Positions 31,201 through 45,900 of a DNA stretch of 64,000 nt are shown here, piece after piece. Every line of letters starts with the position of its first letter. Positions within the stretch are counted from its first letter, which is position 1. A program made the translations under genes and the position numbers. This DNA comes from Daphnia carinata. Lineage: Eukaryota. The notes under the pieces are model-generated. The model made no database searches. It was not told where the DNA came from and was given only the letters and a program-made list of their open reading frames with translations. The stretch spans positions 9,300,001-9,364,000 of the forward strand of contig NC_081333.1 of the NCBI RefSeq assembly GCF_022539665.2. Reading direction: 5' to 3'.

Positions 31201-33938
31201 AAAAAAAAACGAGTTGCGACACGACCGAAGCGCGCACGCATCGATAAACACGTACGCACCTTATCTCGAAAGTACTCCATTACGCCTGCGACGGTAGACG
31301 TGCAGTGGATCAGAATTAATCCAAGGGCGCGTTGAGGGTGATTCATGCCAAATCGAGCCAAAATATTAGCGCCGGCTCCTTCTCCAAGTCCGATGACATA
31401 AGGGATAGACAGCGAGTCTAGGACATCGACCAATCCGTGGGCGATAGTCCTCATATCGGGAAACTGGAAACTGATGGGCAAAAAGAGTTTTAAAGTCTCA
31501 CTTTTGCATTTAAGAAAAAACTTCAAAGATAAAAGTGACGGTCGATTAACTTTTTCGTTCCGGGATAGAAATGGTAAAGCGGACTTCAAACGGACAAACA
31601 ATCGCAAGTGTAGACACACGAAATCAATCGTTCTCTGTTTCACAATGCAGCACGGACGACGACGCTTTCAACCGTCACTTTGCATACAGAATATAAGCCC
31701 ATTGTAGTGTATCGAGTCCTGTATAGGGCCACTTTTAGAAAACAAAGCAAGTCTATGTGTGTGTGTGTGTGAGGTGAAGAAAAGGAGGAAAGAGAGAGAG
31801 GGAGAATAGACATACTCTTCAGGCAGGTCTAGTGCATGGTCCTCCTGACCGGGTAAGACGACGTGAACGAAGGTGGATCGCTCCTTGATGTCAGCCATTG
31901 ACGGATGATCGACAAACTTGCAGAACTCGGCATCTGTTCATTCGTTAGGGTTTTTTTTTAATTCAGGGGAAAAGATAAAACATTGAAATCAAAATCAAGA
32001 AAACATGTTGGCTTAATTTACACGATCGAATTCAGATTAAAACAGAGTCACCAGCAATTCATTACGGCCTTCGGGCCACGAATGTTTAGCAATTTACTTC
32101 GCCTGACAAATTCGTGATGCTTTAGGGAAGGCGTCTTCAGCAGAACGTTGATACGAGTAGACAGAAACGAAGAGAAAGAGAAAAGTGTAGGAAACTTACG
32201 ATTCGATCCCATATCGTGAACAGTCAGGAAAACGGGCTTGGAGTTGACATGTTGCAGCGATCCCTTTCAGCAGATCGCAGTGATATAGAATTTTTCAATT
32301 TTCATTTTTTTTTTTTTTCGTGATGTTCCGGCCGTTCCAAAGTGAAGCGAAAAAAAAAACAAGTAGAAAAGGATATATAAGTAATGAAAACAAAACAAAT
32401 CCATAACAAAAACGAGTTGTCGCAACCCACAGTGAACCATCAAAACTCTTAGTGGAACTTTTTTGTTTTTCCCCATTCTTTTTAACTGTTTTTTTTTTTT
32501 TTTTGTTCAATAATAATAAGCGGATGGGCAAGGAGAGAGGGGTGTGAGCAATTTCTGTAATCATTACGAGAGCTAAGGGAAAACGCGTGCCCCGCTGGCA
32601 AGATGATTAATCAATCACAATGAGCTTCTGCCCACATGTTCACGACTCAGGAGAAAAACAACCAGTCATTTGCTCTTCGACAGACGTAACCGCCGTCCCT
32701 ATTTTCGTTCTACTCTCTCCGATAAGTTGAGAAACATTTTATTTCCCTTTTCTTTTTTTTTGTTTTCAAAAAGTTTCTTTTAATGATTCGTATTTCCTGT
32801 TCATTTCCCTCCATACAAACCCAAACTTTGCGGTGCAAAACGTTGTTGTACTTGGATATGGACAGTCAAATTTCCGCAGTTGCTGGTACTGACGATCCTC
32901 TTCTGTACAGGCTGTAAAATGAAATGTTCCAAAATATTAGATATTTGCCATCGATTGTATACTGGATAAACATCGGAAAGAAGCTCGGTGTTTTGTTCTG
33001 CTATTTTAGTTATTTAAAAAATATATTTGGACTGGGCTGGATTCGGTCCAAAAACAAAACGAAACGAACATAAACCGATCAAGCGTGATAGGCGAGGAGA
33101 AAGCGCCACAAACCGCTGTGCACAGAGGATCGATACTAAACCCATACTGAAAAAAAATGTGCTTTTGTCCGTCGTCAAAAGCGAAAAATGAATCATAAAC
33201 TACGCGTAAATGGGAGAAAGCTAAACACGATAAATCTAAAAAGATTGAGAAAAAATGACAAACTAATGTACTATTATTTTCATGAGGGGGAAAACGACTA
33301 TTGGGTGATAGCACTAAAAATAAAGCAATTCCACCAATGGCCTGATCACTGATTTCCTGTTGTACGATTGTCAAGCGCCAGCTTCCACCAGCCGAAAATC
33401 TATTACGTTGATAACACGATTTTAAAAAAGGGGAACAAGCAGCATTGAACAGTAAGGATCATGTCGAAACTACTTAACGACATTAACTACTCGCAATAGT
33501 CTGATAAAAAAAACTGTATGCATTTTTCGTGACAACTGAGAACTTGCTCTCGTGCGGGTGAACCAACAACTGCATAAAAATTGCACCCTACAACATCACT
33601 TCTCTAGATAGCGGGAAGGGTACAGAAAAAGATCGCGGATTGACCAAAAACAAGAAGGGCACAACAAATATCAACTTGCTCAATCCTTAAACACAGAGAC
33701 CGTTTCTTAACGCGTAAGAAATTCTGATGGACATGTCGGAGATTTCCCACAGATCAATCATCTATCTAAATCCGGTTTGGAAAATTACTTGTACCAGCCA
33801 AACAAAACAAAAGAAAAAACAAAACAAAAAAGAAGATAAAAAAACAAAAAAACAAGTATTGCTTAAACTTAAAACTATGACCTCTGCACTGTCGACGTGC
33901 ACCGCGTCGCCGTTCTTAAAACGGCCGTCTGTCGCCAT
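28217..33938 (-). CDS. MESK2: NDRG-family alpha/beta-hydrolase-fold protein (MESK2 / ZK1073.1 type), proximal-start isoform; exons 33938-33882, 32911-32852, 32263-32200, 31933-31816, 31470-31260, 30809-30732, 29978-29869, 29088-28917, 28516-28408, 28326-28217
   Basis: Phase-consistent splicing gives CGNLTVHIQG...VFLTVHDMGSNH, FVHVVLPGQED, VIGLGEGAGANILARFGMNHP..LGLILIHCTST, YLVFHKFG, INPKNLRRYV, GVGDVLMEAPEKFA and RAMSMEEYDIPNVRRLSL. The first exon MATDGRFKNGDAVHVDSAE is less certain than the rest. Confidence 0.9.
30194..30205 (-). CDS. MESK2: Candidate 12-nt in-frame microexon (SLEE) of the NDRG gene
   Basis: TTGCAG|TCGTTGGAAGAG|GTAAGA; phase 0-0 matches the flanking exons (KFGR|QLER); long AG-free zone upstream. 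Confidence 0.65.
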
Positions 33939-36900
33939 GATATTGCGGACTAACAGCACCGATTGAAACTTTGAAACGCCACTTGATCGCCCAACAGCGG
34001 CACTGCACACACCAGCGACACACAAAAAACTCAAATATCTAAATAGGCAAATATTTGGAGGAAAGAATGTCTTCCTTTGCGAAACCAACGTTGACGGTGG
34101 AAGCTCCGGAGAAAGACTGGATCGGTGGGTGCGATCCTTCTAGTGCTCTCTCTCTCGTTATTGCAAGCCTTTTGTTGGAGGACAGGAAAAAGAGACCCTC
34201 GGAGACAGCGCACGCTCCCCTATCGATTTGCACTGAGCCACTTGGCGTGGAGTAGAGAACCTTAAAAGTCTCGTTTCCAAATAGCAAAATAAAAAGAGGA
34301 CGCAGAATACGAATCCTACATTGATAACTGACGATAGATAGTTAAGTCAGTTGACCCATTTGAGTGTCGACGTGCGGGTTCTGTTACGGATAAGTGTGAT
34401 GTCTGCGGACGTAAATGGTAAATATCTTTTTTGGAAGGAATAACAAACTTTTCTTTTTTGTGTGTGTAAAAAAAAAAAAAATCAACCACATCGCTGTCAT
34501 TGTCATGCAGCGGATGTTGTACACACACTGAAGAGTCTCCGAAGTCGATACGACTCGCGCTAAGGGAATAGATTTATTTTTGATTTCCTTGTAAGTTCTT
34601 CGGAAAAATTCTGCACTTGAATTGCACGATTTTCATTTCCAGTAATCACACCGGGGAAATACGAACACTCCAGATGCGAAGTACTATATCTCGTTCAGTG
34701 TGCTTAGCCACAGGGCTGAATATGAGGGTCACAAACGTCAATGCTTCGATTGGCAAAAACTGCTCCGCAAACTCGTTTCGCTGCCATGTTTTTCTACCCG
34801 AAGGAATTGAGCAAAAATTGTTGACTGCAAATGAGACGGTTTTCAGGGCAACACAGCTTCATTAAAAACAGGCGTCCAATGTCCCGTTAACCCAACAACC
34901 GAAGGTTAATTATTCTGAGTCAACGATATCGCTGATATCAAAGGTATACTCGGTCTTATCAAAACACCCTTCAACGTTGGATGTACCTCCCACGTAAATG
35001 TTCATAAAAGCACGCGCACAACTAGTCTCCCCCGTCGTTTTTAACGAACGCGAGAGAGATTAAAAACGATCTATCCCGGTGAAATTGACGCTTATTCGTT
35101 GGCGGATATTTTGGCCAGCTTCAATTTGCCGTGGTGTTGTGTTATTAATCGCGCAATCGACGGGGAGGGAGATATACACGAACCCCCTTTTCCGTCCCGC
35201 GTGATAATCGCGAGGAACAAATTAGATATGAACTCAATTCGCCATTACGTACGTAACCCGGTGATCCGGTGTCGGTTAGCAACTGGAGGAAATAACAATG
35301 GCGATAGATGAAAAGCACGTTGTTCGAAAAGAATTCATTTTTTTTAATACAAGGGGAGATTTCCGACGCACTAGATGGTCGGATCTAATCGATCCGTCCA
35401 GTTTCACGTCGTGCTGACCGCCATCAAATTCTGGGAATAAATAGAGTTTTTTATTGTCCGTATATTTTTACCCGCTTTTAAAAAAAAAAGGAAATTACAT
35501 CAAAGGGAACTCCCTTTTTACCGCTGTTGTTGACGTGCCGGGCGGATTGCGATTGGAAATGGTGGAAGAAGAGGAACACAGTCACTCGAAAATGTTGTTG
35601 ACAAGACGGCGATACGCTTTTATTTTATTTTTTTATTTATTTATTTTCCATTTGGATGGGATACGTGGGCAGGAAAGTATAGAGCCGAGCAAGTAGCGAT
35701 CCTATCTTCAAGCAGTGTGCAACTCATTCCGGAACCTCCAGTCCGGAAGAAAAAAGAATTAATACATTTTGAACAATGGATGTGTACACAGTGCTTTTTA
35801 CTTAAAGATGTTTAACAGAGCAAAGCAAATAACGAAATACACGTTGCCCCCTCACGATGATAAGTTGATATTGCGCAAAAACACAAGAGATTGTGAGGAG
35901 AGGGCGGTGGATCGATATCAACGAGTCATTGCCATCGGGTTTAGCTTGAGGGCTATATAAGAATTGCGTGCGACTTTAGCCGTCTGCCTTCCCCGTAAAG
36001 TTTTATCAGAGCAACGCAGAAAGAATGGAAAGATTTTTCTTTCTTTTCTGGAAGACATCGCCAGTTTTGAATGTGGGACGTGAGGCCTAGCTCTAGGTCG
36101 ACAAAATCCGGAATGGTCCGCCGCTGGCAGCCTTGATGAGATTGTTAATCCTTAGTTAAATCCGTAAGGGATCTTTACAAGACGGACACGGATACAGAGA
36201 GACCGAGGAAAAAGATAGACTACACAAATTCCGGAAACCATGTCGTGGACAATTTTTCTTGATAATTTGTCACTTTGAATTTAGTTTTTGTGTGCGCTTA
36301 TCAACCATCGATTTTTCTTTCGTTTCGAATTGTAAGAATAAAAAGATACCACCGTTTTCGCTGTTGAATCCAATTGTTCACACCCGTTGGCGGCAAGTTT
36401 CGACTGCGAATGCAACACGCAGATGGAGCCAAGGTATATCGATTTCACTCCAGTATAACGTTCCAATGCCTGTCGAAACCTTTTATTTTTTCCCACGTAT
36501 ATTCCAATGTGTCGTCTACGTATAAAACAAAAAAAAAGTCCGATAAAACATAATATAGCATTCCCGACAGGTCCACGCTCGGGAGTCAAAGAGTCCAATC
36601 TCCATCAGTGCTGTCTGTTTCGATATCTAAGAAAGAGCCGCTATAAAGGGAAATGTGTTACACGAAAAGAAATAAAAAACGAGCTTATACGTTTAGGCTT
36701 GAAACAGGAAGACATCGCGAAGACGTTGCAGAAATGGATTGTGTAAATCAATCGAGACGGTGCGCGTCCTTTCTTTTTTTCCTTGACTTAATCGTCGCAT
36801 TGTTAAAAGGGGGGAAAAACACACATGGCTTTAAGGAGAAAGCAAACTATACGTTGTCGAGCCCAATCGGTCGATCATGTTGTCAAGATGATGGGGCACC

Positions 36901-39900
36901 GAAAACAAAAAAGAAAACCAACCGCCATTGGCTATGATAGTTCACGATTTCTCGACAGACTAGTCCTTTTCACGAGATCAGCAATTTGAGCGTCCGCCTT
37001 CGTACAGCGTTAAACAATATCGGGTTGTTATTTTACCTTTCCACCTGCAACAACGCAAACAGACAATAGTGAGCCCCATTGCAAACAAGGAACGGACCCT
37101 GTTATTATCCCTTATGTTCAATCCTTCTTTTATTCCGACTCGCATTGACGGTTGGGCAGCTCTATTCTTCCTGTTTCTGCGTTATTGGCAACTGCACGTT
37201 TGTTTTGTATGGCTTGTATATAGCTGCAGGAGAGGACGAACGGGACAAGTGCGTGGAACCAGTCGACAGACAACCACAAAAGAGTTTGTTTTGAAAGCGG
37301 TAAAACCGCACCGGCGGCGGGGTGGGACCTCACCTGGAATCGTAGGGCGTTGCGAAATTTGTTACGGCCGTTATGTTTTGTATTTAGAAAATAAAACGCA
37401 GTTTTATGTGGGGGAGGTCTGAAACTAAACCAGGACAATTAGCTTTTTCTTTTCGTGTCACCCTTTTTTTTTTTTCTATTTCTCTATAGTTTGAAATCTG
37501 CAGCCTATTTTGATGTCCTCGTATCGTTTAAAACGCTCGTAACGACCGTTCAAAGTAAGTGGCAAAACAAGCGGCTTAAAACTTTCTCCCATGGCAGTCA
37601 AGGAAAAAGTAGCGGGCTTCTTAATTGATGATGCTATCGCATTATTTACTTTTTTTTTTCCCCTTCGATGCGGCGGCTGAAAGAGAAATAAAAGGAACGG
37701 ATTAATGAGATTCTAATATGATAACCTTGGCCCTTTTTTTTTTTTTTACATTGTTTGATTTTGATCGTTTGGTTTGCTGGATCTTCTATTAAGACGTGGG
37801 ATTTTGTTTTTCAAACTACGATCGAAGAAAGACATCTAGCGTGCAGTCATCCAACTCTCGCTCACCTGGAATTGTTACGTGAAAAAAAAAAAAGAAAACA
37901 AACAATACAATAATAAATTCAACTTTGTCCGTAAATGTCAGACATTCCCCCCCTTTTCGCCATTCATTCCCGGATAATATCGTGAATGGCATGGAACGTA
38001 AGCACCGCTTCCACATAAACCCATTTTTTTTTCATGTCGCTATCTTCCTTTTTCGCCATACTTCACTGTTATTACCATTCTTTTTGGGCAAAGTTGTTCG
38101 ACTAGCGTGCGGTGTTGTCTCGCTCGAAAGAAAACAAAACGGAGGAGCCATCAGACAATCCCCCTGTCGTCCGATAACAGGCTTGGACATCAGATGATAA
38201 AAACAAAACGAGGAAAAGAAAAGAATCCGTTAAAGAATAAGAAACGCACAAATGTACACGACGTATAATATTCGTTATAATTGCGTATCTTCTTATGCCC
38301 GTCTTCTCGCACAGTAGGAGACAAAAGAACTGCGTCCGGGAAACGTATCTAACCTTCCAATTGCTTTATTCCATTTTTTTTTAAATCGTATTGTTACCCC
38401 TCCATTATTATTATTTTTTTTAGGTTGACGTATGGTATTCAAAGGTCAGTTCGCTATAAATTTCATCGCTTCAATCCCTTTTTCGCTTTCATTCTTATGC
38501 AAGAGATTGTGTTACATACATTAGCCACACTTCGGCGTAGGCTATCGTGTTCGAAAGGTCAGTGGAGGAAAAGAGGATCACAACACGCAGAAAGAAGAAC
38601 AGACTTGCGTCTATTCTTTTATATGTATATGTATGGAGGTTTCATATGCAAAAGAGAGGCAGAGCTGTTGATTTACATTCCCACAATGCCTGGGCACACG
38701 CACGCAAGCCGTCATTCCCAGTCTATAAATATATATGCGATATATATACTGATTCTGTGCGTCTGTCTTCAATAAATGTTATATTCAGTGAGTATGTAAA
38801 TCTGATGGGAGTTTCCTGAAAAAAAAAAAAACGCTTACATACATCAAAGTCCATTCATCACGCACGCTTTCTTGATGTCGTTTGGCGTTGATGTCAGGGG
38901 AGGAGTTTTAATAGTTATTCATATCTTTACCTTAATTCGATATTATTATTATATTTTTTTTACTTTTGATAATTTAAAAAAATGTTTTTCGCAAAAATGA
39001 AAAGAAAATATCGTGGTTTATTTACGTGCGCGTTTTCTTCCGCGTTTTTGCGCAGGCCAAGAATCCGTTTCACGCGTTACGCCTCGCCTACCAGTCAGAC
39101 CACCATCCCGTGCCATCGTCAATAAATATTTCCCAAAACAAAAAGCCAAAAAACTACAAATAATAATAATAATAGTTAAAAGAAGAAGTGGGGGAGGCAT
39201 CTCCTGTTTTCTTTGTGTGTTTTGTCTTTATGTTTCCTTCAAACGTTTCGATTTCCAATGCTCATCTTTTAACACACACATATTCCCACGGTTCGTTTGA
39301 TATTTCTTTGTGTGTGTCTGGCGAGCTCACACACGACATCGTATGCTGATTGTAAACAAGGAAAACCTTAAAAAGTTAAGGGACAAACACACAGAGAAAG
39401 AGAAAGAAACGGTGATGGTGCCATATACGTAGAAAATATAGTAACCCCAACACAAGAGACAGGTATATCACGTTGTCCAGGTAAAAGAAAAAAAAAAAAA
39501 AAGGCAATTGCTTTGGGGGGTTTTTCTCTCCCGTTTGGCTGGACATGACGAATGGCCGCGCGAGCGCGCAACCGCTCGCGCGCTCCTCGTTTGGTTCCTC
39601 CGTTAAAAAAAAAATCGGAAAAAAATAAATAAATAAAATAGAAAAAGGAGGAAACAGTTGAAGGGGATATACCCAGGTTGCCTGGACCATGCCTCTGCGC
39701 CAAAATAGGGGAAGGGAAAATTTATAATGCAAAAGAAACGACTGTTGTGTACGTGTTTATATATATGGCCTGGGTCTTTTCGTTTTCGAGGGCGGGCGAG
39801 GCAGAGTGTTTCTACCCGAATAGTTTGGTACGCACGGCGGTTGTATACAATCATTTGCTGTGGGCCTCATTTTCAACGTTTTGATTGAAGGCTAAAACAA

Positions 39901-39908
39901 AACAAAAC

Positions 39909-39941
<33 letters not shown>

Positions 39942-42900
39942 CAGCGATCCAGCTGTGTGTTAGACGGAATTACTGCGTTAGTGTTTTCCTTGTATTTCTT
40001 TTTGGGTTTCCCCTTGCGTTTGGCTGTCAGGACAAATTTTAACGAAGATGAAAACAAACGAAAACGTTTCTTTCAACTCCTCCCCCGTTTTCTCTTTACA
40101 GACTTAACGAATCGTTCCCTTTAAAAAGGAGTCTTTTAGCGTCTTCTTCTTTTTCTTTTAAGAAAAAGGTATAACCACGGCTCCCCCCCCCCCCTTCTAT
40201 ATAAGCCGGCAAACTTTTTTGATGCTCTACCAATTAAGCAATTGGCTATAGTTTAACCCCCCACTAACTATTGCCTCCATGAAAGTCGATATGAGAATCT
40301 TCTTCGTCATAAAATAAAAATGTGGAAAGGAAAAAAAAAAAAAAATTTATAATTTAAGATGTTAAGTGTGGGAAAATGCCCCCTCTCTTCCAACTGTCGG
40401 AGTCGATAAGTCCTAAAGGCTATTATCCCCCCCCCCACTCCTCAAGAGCTTAATGATGGATTCATTTTAAGGTATTTTTTTTTTTTTTGTAAACATTTCT
40501 ACATAGAGTAATTTTCGAACTTAATGATAAGGTACAATCAAAATATAAAAAAAAAACACGATGCCTTGATATCGAACGCTCCTGTTTGCGTTTGCTATTT
40601 TTAAAGCCAATGGAAAGAAAATCGTTGGAAAATGTTTTTTTTACGAGCGAAAAGAAACGTGAGAACTATTTCAACAGTTGCAGTTTACGTGTCTACCATA
40701 CAATTTCTTTGCGTGTCTCAGACGAAATGAAAGAAAAATCCAAAGTCTTTGGGAACAGCACAAATGCCAAACTCCAATAAAAAAAAAAAAACGGTGCCGC
40801 ATTCTGGCGTGGACACGGCCGATCCGTCGCCATCGTGCCATTGCACGTTTTCCTTTTTCTTACAAAGTCAGGGTCGGAGCGCAGGATTTATGGAACAACT
40901 TTTGCAGGGAAGGGGGGGGGAGGGGGTGTTGACGTGCCATCGTTGTACGGCGTAAATCGGCTTATTGATATAATGCCGCGTGTAAGATATAAGACAATAA
41001 TCCCCGTAGAAGAAAGGAGAGTCATCGATAACCATTGGTTGTAGCGGGGGAACTTCATCGAGCTAATTGAACCCTCATCACAGATGAGAAACTCGTGAAG
41101 CCAGCGATTTCGTTCACGTCGACGAGAGAGAGAAAAAGAAAACTTTCCCTGACAGTTGATGAGAAAATGATTGAAACCGAATCGAATCGTGTCTTCACGG
41201 GTATACAACACTTGGCGTGTAACGGCTATAAGATGCATGTGTTTTAAAGATCTACGACGTGCCTTTTTCAGGTTCTTCACACACAAAAAAAAAATGAATT
41301 CTTTTCATCGTTTTATTTTTATTTCTTTTCGCGGCTTACAATAAAAGCCACGTCTCTTTCCCTCAAGAAATAGGTTTTACCTTTAAGCAAGAGAAGAATA
41401 AAGGTGAAAGGGGAGAAAACAACAAGAAAATATTATTCCATCTTTTTTATATTATGAAAAAAAGAAAAAAAAAGACAAAAAATTGGTTAGATAGACCTCC
41501 TGGAGTGCGGAAGCTACTAAAGGATAAAGAAAGATGGAAGGGAATAGTTACACACAGACGTGTGTGATGAACCCGACCCAGTGCGCCGGTTAATGCCATG
41601 TGACGTTGAGGATTTTTTTTTTTTACATCCCGTTTTTATTATTATCATTTCGATGCTTATTACTTTGGTCGTCTTATAGTCATCTTATGGTCGTCGGGAT
41701 AGAAAAAGGCCGCATGTCATTATTTAGTTTAATGTAGTATTAAAATATGACGATAAAGGAGGGGGGACATTGTTGAGTATTCCATTGGTGTGTAAAGAGC
41801 TTCGAGTTTCGACGGCCACGGGCAATCGTTTCAACGCGTACACGAGATTTGATAAAAAAAAAAAAAAGAAAAACTAAATGCGTGATTTTATGTCAATTAT
41901 AGTGTCGGTTTAAAGTTAGCGAGATCATCTTTATCTGTTGGTACCAGGCAACAATGTAAAATTGATGACGTAGATAAGAAATTATTCGTGCGGCCGAGCG
42001 CGTGATTCGAAAACCAAATGAACCCGAAATTTCGGAGGCAAAAAAAAATTCAAAAAAAAAAAATATAATGAGAATAATCGTTGGAGTAGGTGGTGGCGGG
42101 TGTACATATTTTTAATCGAAAATTGGGAAATAAAGAATAGCTGTTAAACAAAACAAAAAAAGAAGCAGGTGAGAGATACAGCAAAAGGAAACGGGACGAT
42201 GAAATTCGAACTGATGCCTTGCAAGAAGGGCGGCGTCAGACCGAAAGAAAAAAGAAAAAGGGATGCCATAATAACAATAAAAAATAGAAAATAAAAAATA
42301 AATGAAAGAAGAGACGGAAGATGAAGCTGAATGGTCCACACCTGTGGCACATTTGCATATAATACAAGAGAAAGAAAAAAAGACGGTCCTTATTTCGTAG
42401 CTTATGGGCTGAACGGCGTGGAATATCTACCGGACAAATCAGCATCAAGTCAGATCTAAATATTTTTTTTTTTTTTAAAGGAATAAACATTTAACGAAAA
42501 AAAAAAAAAAAAGGACGGACTCTTTGACACTGTTTTCCGTTTACCGAAAGAAAAAAAAAAACATTCTCCAGCGTTTTATAGACGTGCGTGTTAAATGCAA
42601 TTAAGGATCGGATTCATCACGCAGTACGACACAAAATGTTTTTCATTTTCGTTTTGTCCACCACCAATAACACACCTGGATGATTTGACTTTCTCATCTG
42701 GCAACCCCCCCCCCCCGTCTCCCGTCTCTCAGCAACACCCTCCACGATGCAACCCCTGCGGACACGATTCACCTGGAATCGTTGCAACTCCGTTTTCGAA
42801 AAAGGCTATAAAAGAAAAAAAAATAATATAACACGACCGAAAGAAAAAGGGGGACACGAGACAAACGTTGTCGTTTTTGGGAAAGTTTTCTTCTTTTCAC

Positions 42901-45900
42901 GTTTTTTTTTTTTTCTGTATGTCGCCCTAGGTTGGAGGAGAGAGAAAGAACAGAATTATATCCCCCCCCCCCCCCCCCCCCCCTTTTTGTATCCGTTGTG
43001 TGGACAAGAATGAAATTCGAGTATTTCACCGATAAGTTTAAACTGCCGCCAAGCCTTTTTTTTTTTTTTTTTTTTATTAAATAAAATTGATGTGCAAACG
43101 ATGACGACCGCGCCCTCCTGCAGTGAAACCAACACACAAAAAGAAAAAGTCGTCTGGAAACCCACGTCCTTTCTTTTTTTGTTGTTGTCCAGGTGCGCTT
43201 CAGACAAACTCACCTACATCCAACCCTATTGTAGATAGATGTTGTGTCCCCCCACCGACCGGTGTAAGGAAACATGGAGCGTTTAGGAAAAACAAGGAAA
43301 GAAGACAAAATAAAAAAAAAGGGCAAAACAATTTATGGAAGTGGGCGAAATTCAAAAAGAAAATGTTGTCGTCATCCAGACATGTTCTCAACCCCCGTAG
43401 TCTTTAATTCTCGTATTCGTTTGTAAAAAAAAAAAAAAAAAAAAAGAGAAACAATGAAAAGGGGTGGTTTTCTTACCTATTATAGACGCACACATATGCA
43501 CGGAGGAACACAATAAATCGGCCATTGGCGCCACGTCGTTTTTGCTGGAATTTCTTTTTTTTTTTTGTTTTTTTTTTGGTTTGGTTTGTTTCTTTCCACT
43601 GTCTAAGGAGCGGCCTTTTTGCCAGTTGAATATCTCGCGACTGAAGGGATTTTTTTTTTTTTTTTGTCGGCCGCTGCGTTGTCGTTTTTTTTTTCTGGAA
43701 CATAATTTACTGTTTATATCCATTAAAGATATCTGGCAGACGAGTATATGTTCGGCAGCAAATGATAATATGCAAGAGACAAAAGACGACGAGAATGATT
43801 CGTAAAAGAGAGACAAAAGTGAATGAATTTTGAATTTTTTTTTTTTTTTTTTGGTTTGGGGGGGGGGGGGGGGTTTTCAAAAAAGTACCGGTCATTAAGT
43901 TGCCATTAGCGTCGCTCGTTAGGGCCAATGAATATATTGAAGGAGAGAGAGAGAGAGAGACAGAGAAACAGAAAACGGAATTCTTTTTATTTTCAAGGAT
44001 ATTTTCTCTTTTCTTTTATTCTTTCTAAACGAAATAGAAGACAATAGTTCCATACCTAGCGCGCCATTACATTATTTGCGCTTCTCACAATTGCTGTCTG
44101 TACCCGGTACTGCACGCACCTGCGATCATTCCTCTCCTTTTTTTTTTTTTTTTTTGCCATCGATAATAGGATGGGCCTTTTGTTCCTCCCGCGTGACTCT
44201 GTTTCGAATCATCTGAACGACGGATAAAAAAAAAAGAACCGTTTCTGAATTATCAGTCGGCCTTACGGAACGAGTAACAACACCTTCCCTTATCTCCTTC
44301 ATTTTAATCCGTTCGCTTTCAAAAAGAAATTAATTTTTTTTTGTCCTCCCTTGTGTTATAGCAACTCGAATCAAGTCGGTTGCTGCAAGGCATTCGAGAA
44401 GCCTCGTCTTCTTTTAATATTTTCTTCGATAGCAATCATGATGTTGGCCGGCACGCAACCGCACAGTCACGGATTCGCTACGGTCGCTCACTCACGGTCG
44501 GTTCTTGTTCCCTCCATTTTTATTTCCTATCTTTTGAGTCCCGTACGAGAAAGATCAACGCGCAGAGTCAGCTGGCCGAAACGTTAGACATTTACTGGAA
44601 CGGTATGGCAAGTTTTGAGGGCAAAAATTGATGAAGGATAAACGTCTGAATTTTCCTTTTCCATCTTCCCGAACAAGAAAAACAGTGGGGAAATTCATTT
44701 TTTTTTTATTTCCTCCCATATTCATCGGTCAATTATTTTACATCTTTCTAAAACCGAGTAAGAAGAAAAAGGGAAGTTATATTTCCCCTTTTTAATTTAC
44801 GACGTGATTATTTTTCTTCCAACGTCTGCTTCATGGGACGTGTATGATGTAATAAGCTTATAACCAAACATGTGAATAATAGGGTAAAAAAAAAAAAGAG
44901 GGTAAGCAAGAGATCTTATACCATTAGGGGAAGAACAAAAAATTAATGGAGCCATTTGCTCTGCCATGCTAAAAGGGATGCATATTGTTAGCAAAGAGAA
45001 TCTTGGGTGGGTAGTAACCACGATGTGTGGCCTTTTTTTTTTTTCCTTCTTGTTTAAAAGCAACAGCAGCTAAGGAACGACTTCAAAAAAAAAACAAAAA
45101 AAACACCGGCAATAAGCTGGACCTTTGGGCCAGTTGGGAAATGAATCAGTGACGAGAGCGGGGGGTTCAAAAATGATCAAAAAGGAGACCGAAAAAAAAA
45201 AAAAAGAAGTTGACATTTTTTTTTTTTTTTCTCTCTCTTGTTTGTTCCAGACAGTTAAGGTCAGAAGGGCGGTTTGTGTTTATGTCCCTTGTACGTCTTA
45301 GGCCTACCTATAGATTCTCTTAGACCTGGAAGGGCGGAGACAAAAAACAAAAATGTCCTCTAAACTTTTAGAGAAAAATTTTTTTTTTTTTTGAAAGGTA
45401 AGAAGGATTTTTTTTTTAACACTATATCTTTCTCTTCCATCGTTTTCCTGCGCTGTTCTTATCTGTTTTGAGCCTTCAGTTTCTATCTTTTTTTTTTCAG
45501 AGGAAAAAGAGCTCACGAGCCGACTCGCTGCTGTCTACACAATCGACGAAGGTGTTCCAGTCTACCTTTTTTTTCTGCTCAACACCTTACTTTTTTTTTT
45601 CCTTTCATGGCGGCTTTTTGCTTGTATCCCTCTAAATGCGCAAGGTAAATGGAACATTCCAATTGCTCCCTGTTAACACACACAACAAAAAATTTCCCCA
45701 GCTTCTAACTTGAATGCATCTCGGCTATTCTTATTCTCCCAGCTTATTTTTTACGACCCATTTTTGTTTTGTTTTCAGCTGGTGGTGCGCCCTCCAATCG
45801 GCCGGCCATTTCAAAGTGGGTGTGCTGCTGGATCGAATAGCCGCCCCTGAAAACAAAATCCAATGAAAAAAACAAAACAACACAAGTATAGAAAACAGAG

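Noticed and set aside
32222..32232. Antizyme-like TCC TGA +1 frameshift site in the NDRG exon
   Set aside because: TCC-TGA lies in the +1 frame, which neither NDRG nor the overlapping -1 ORF uses once splice phases are assigned; coincidental.
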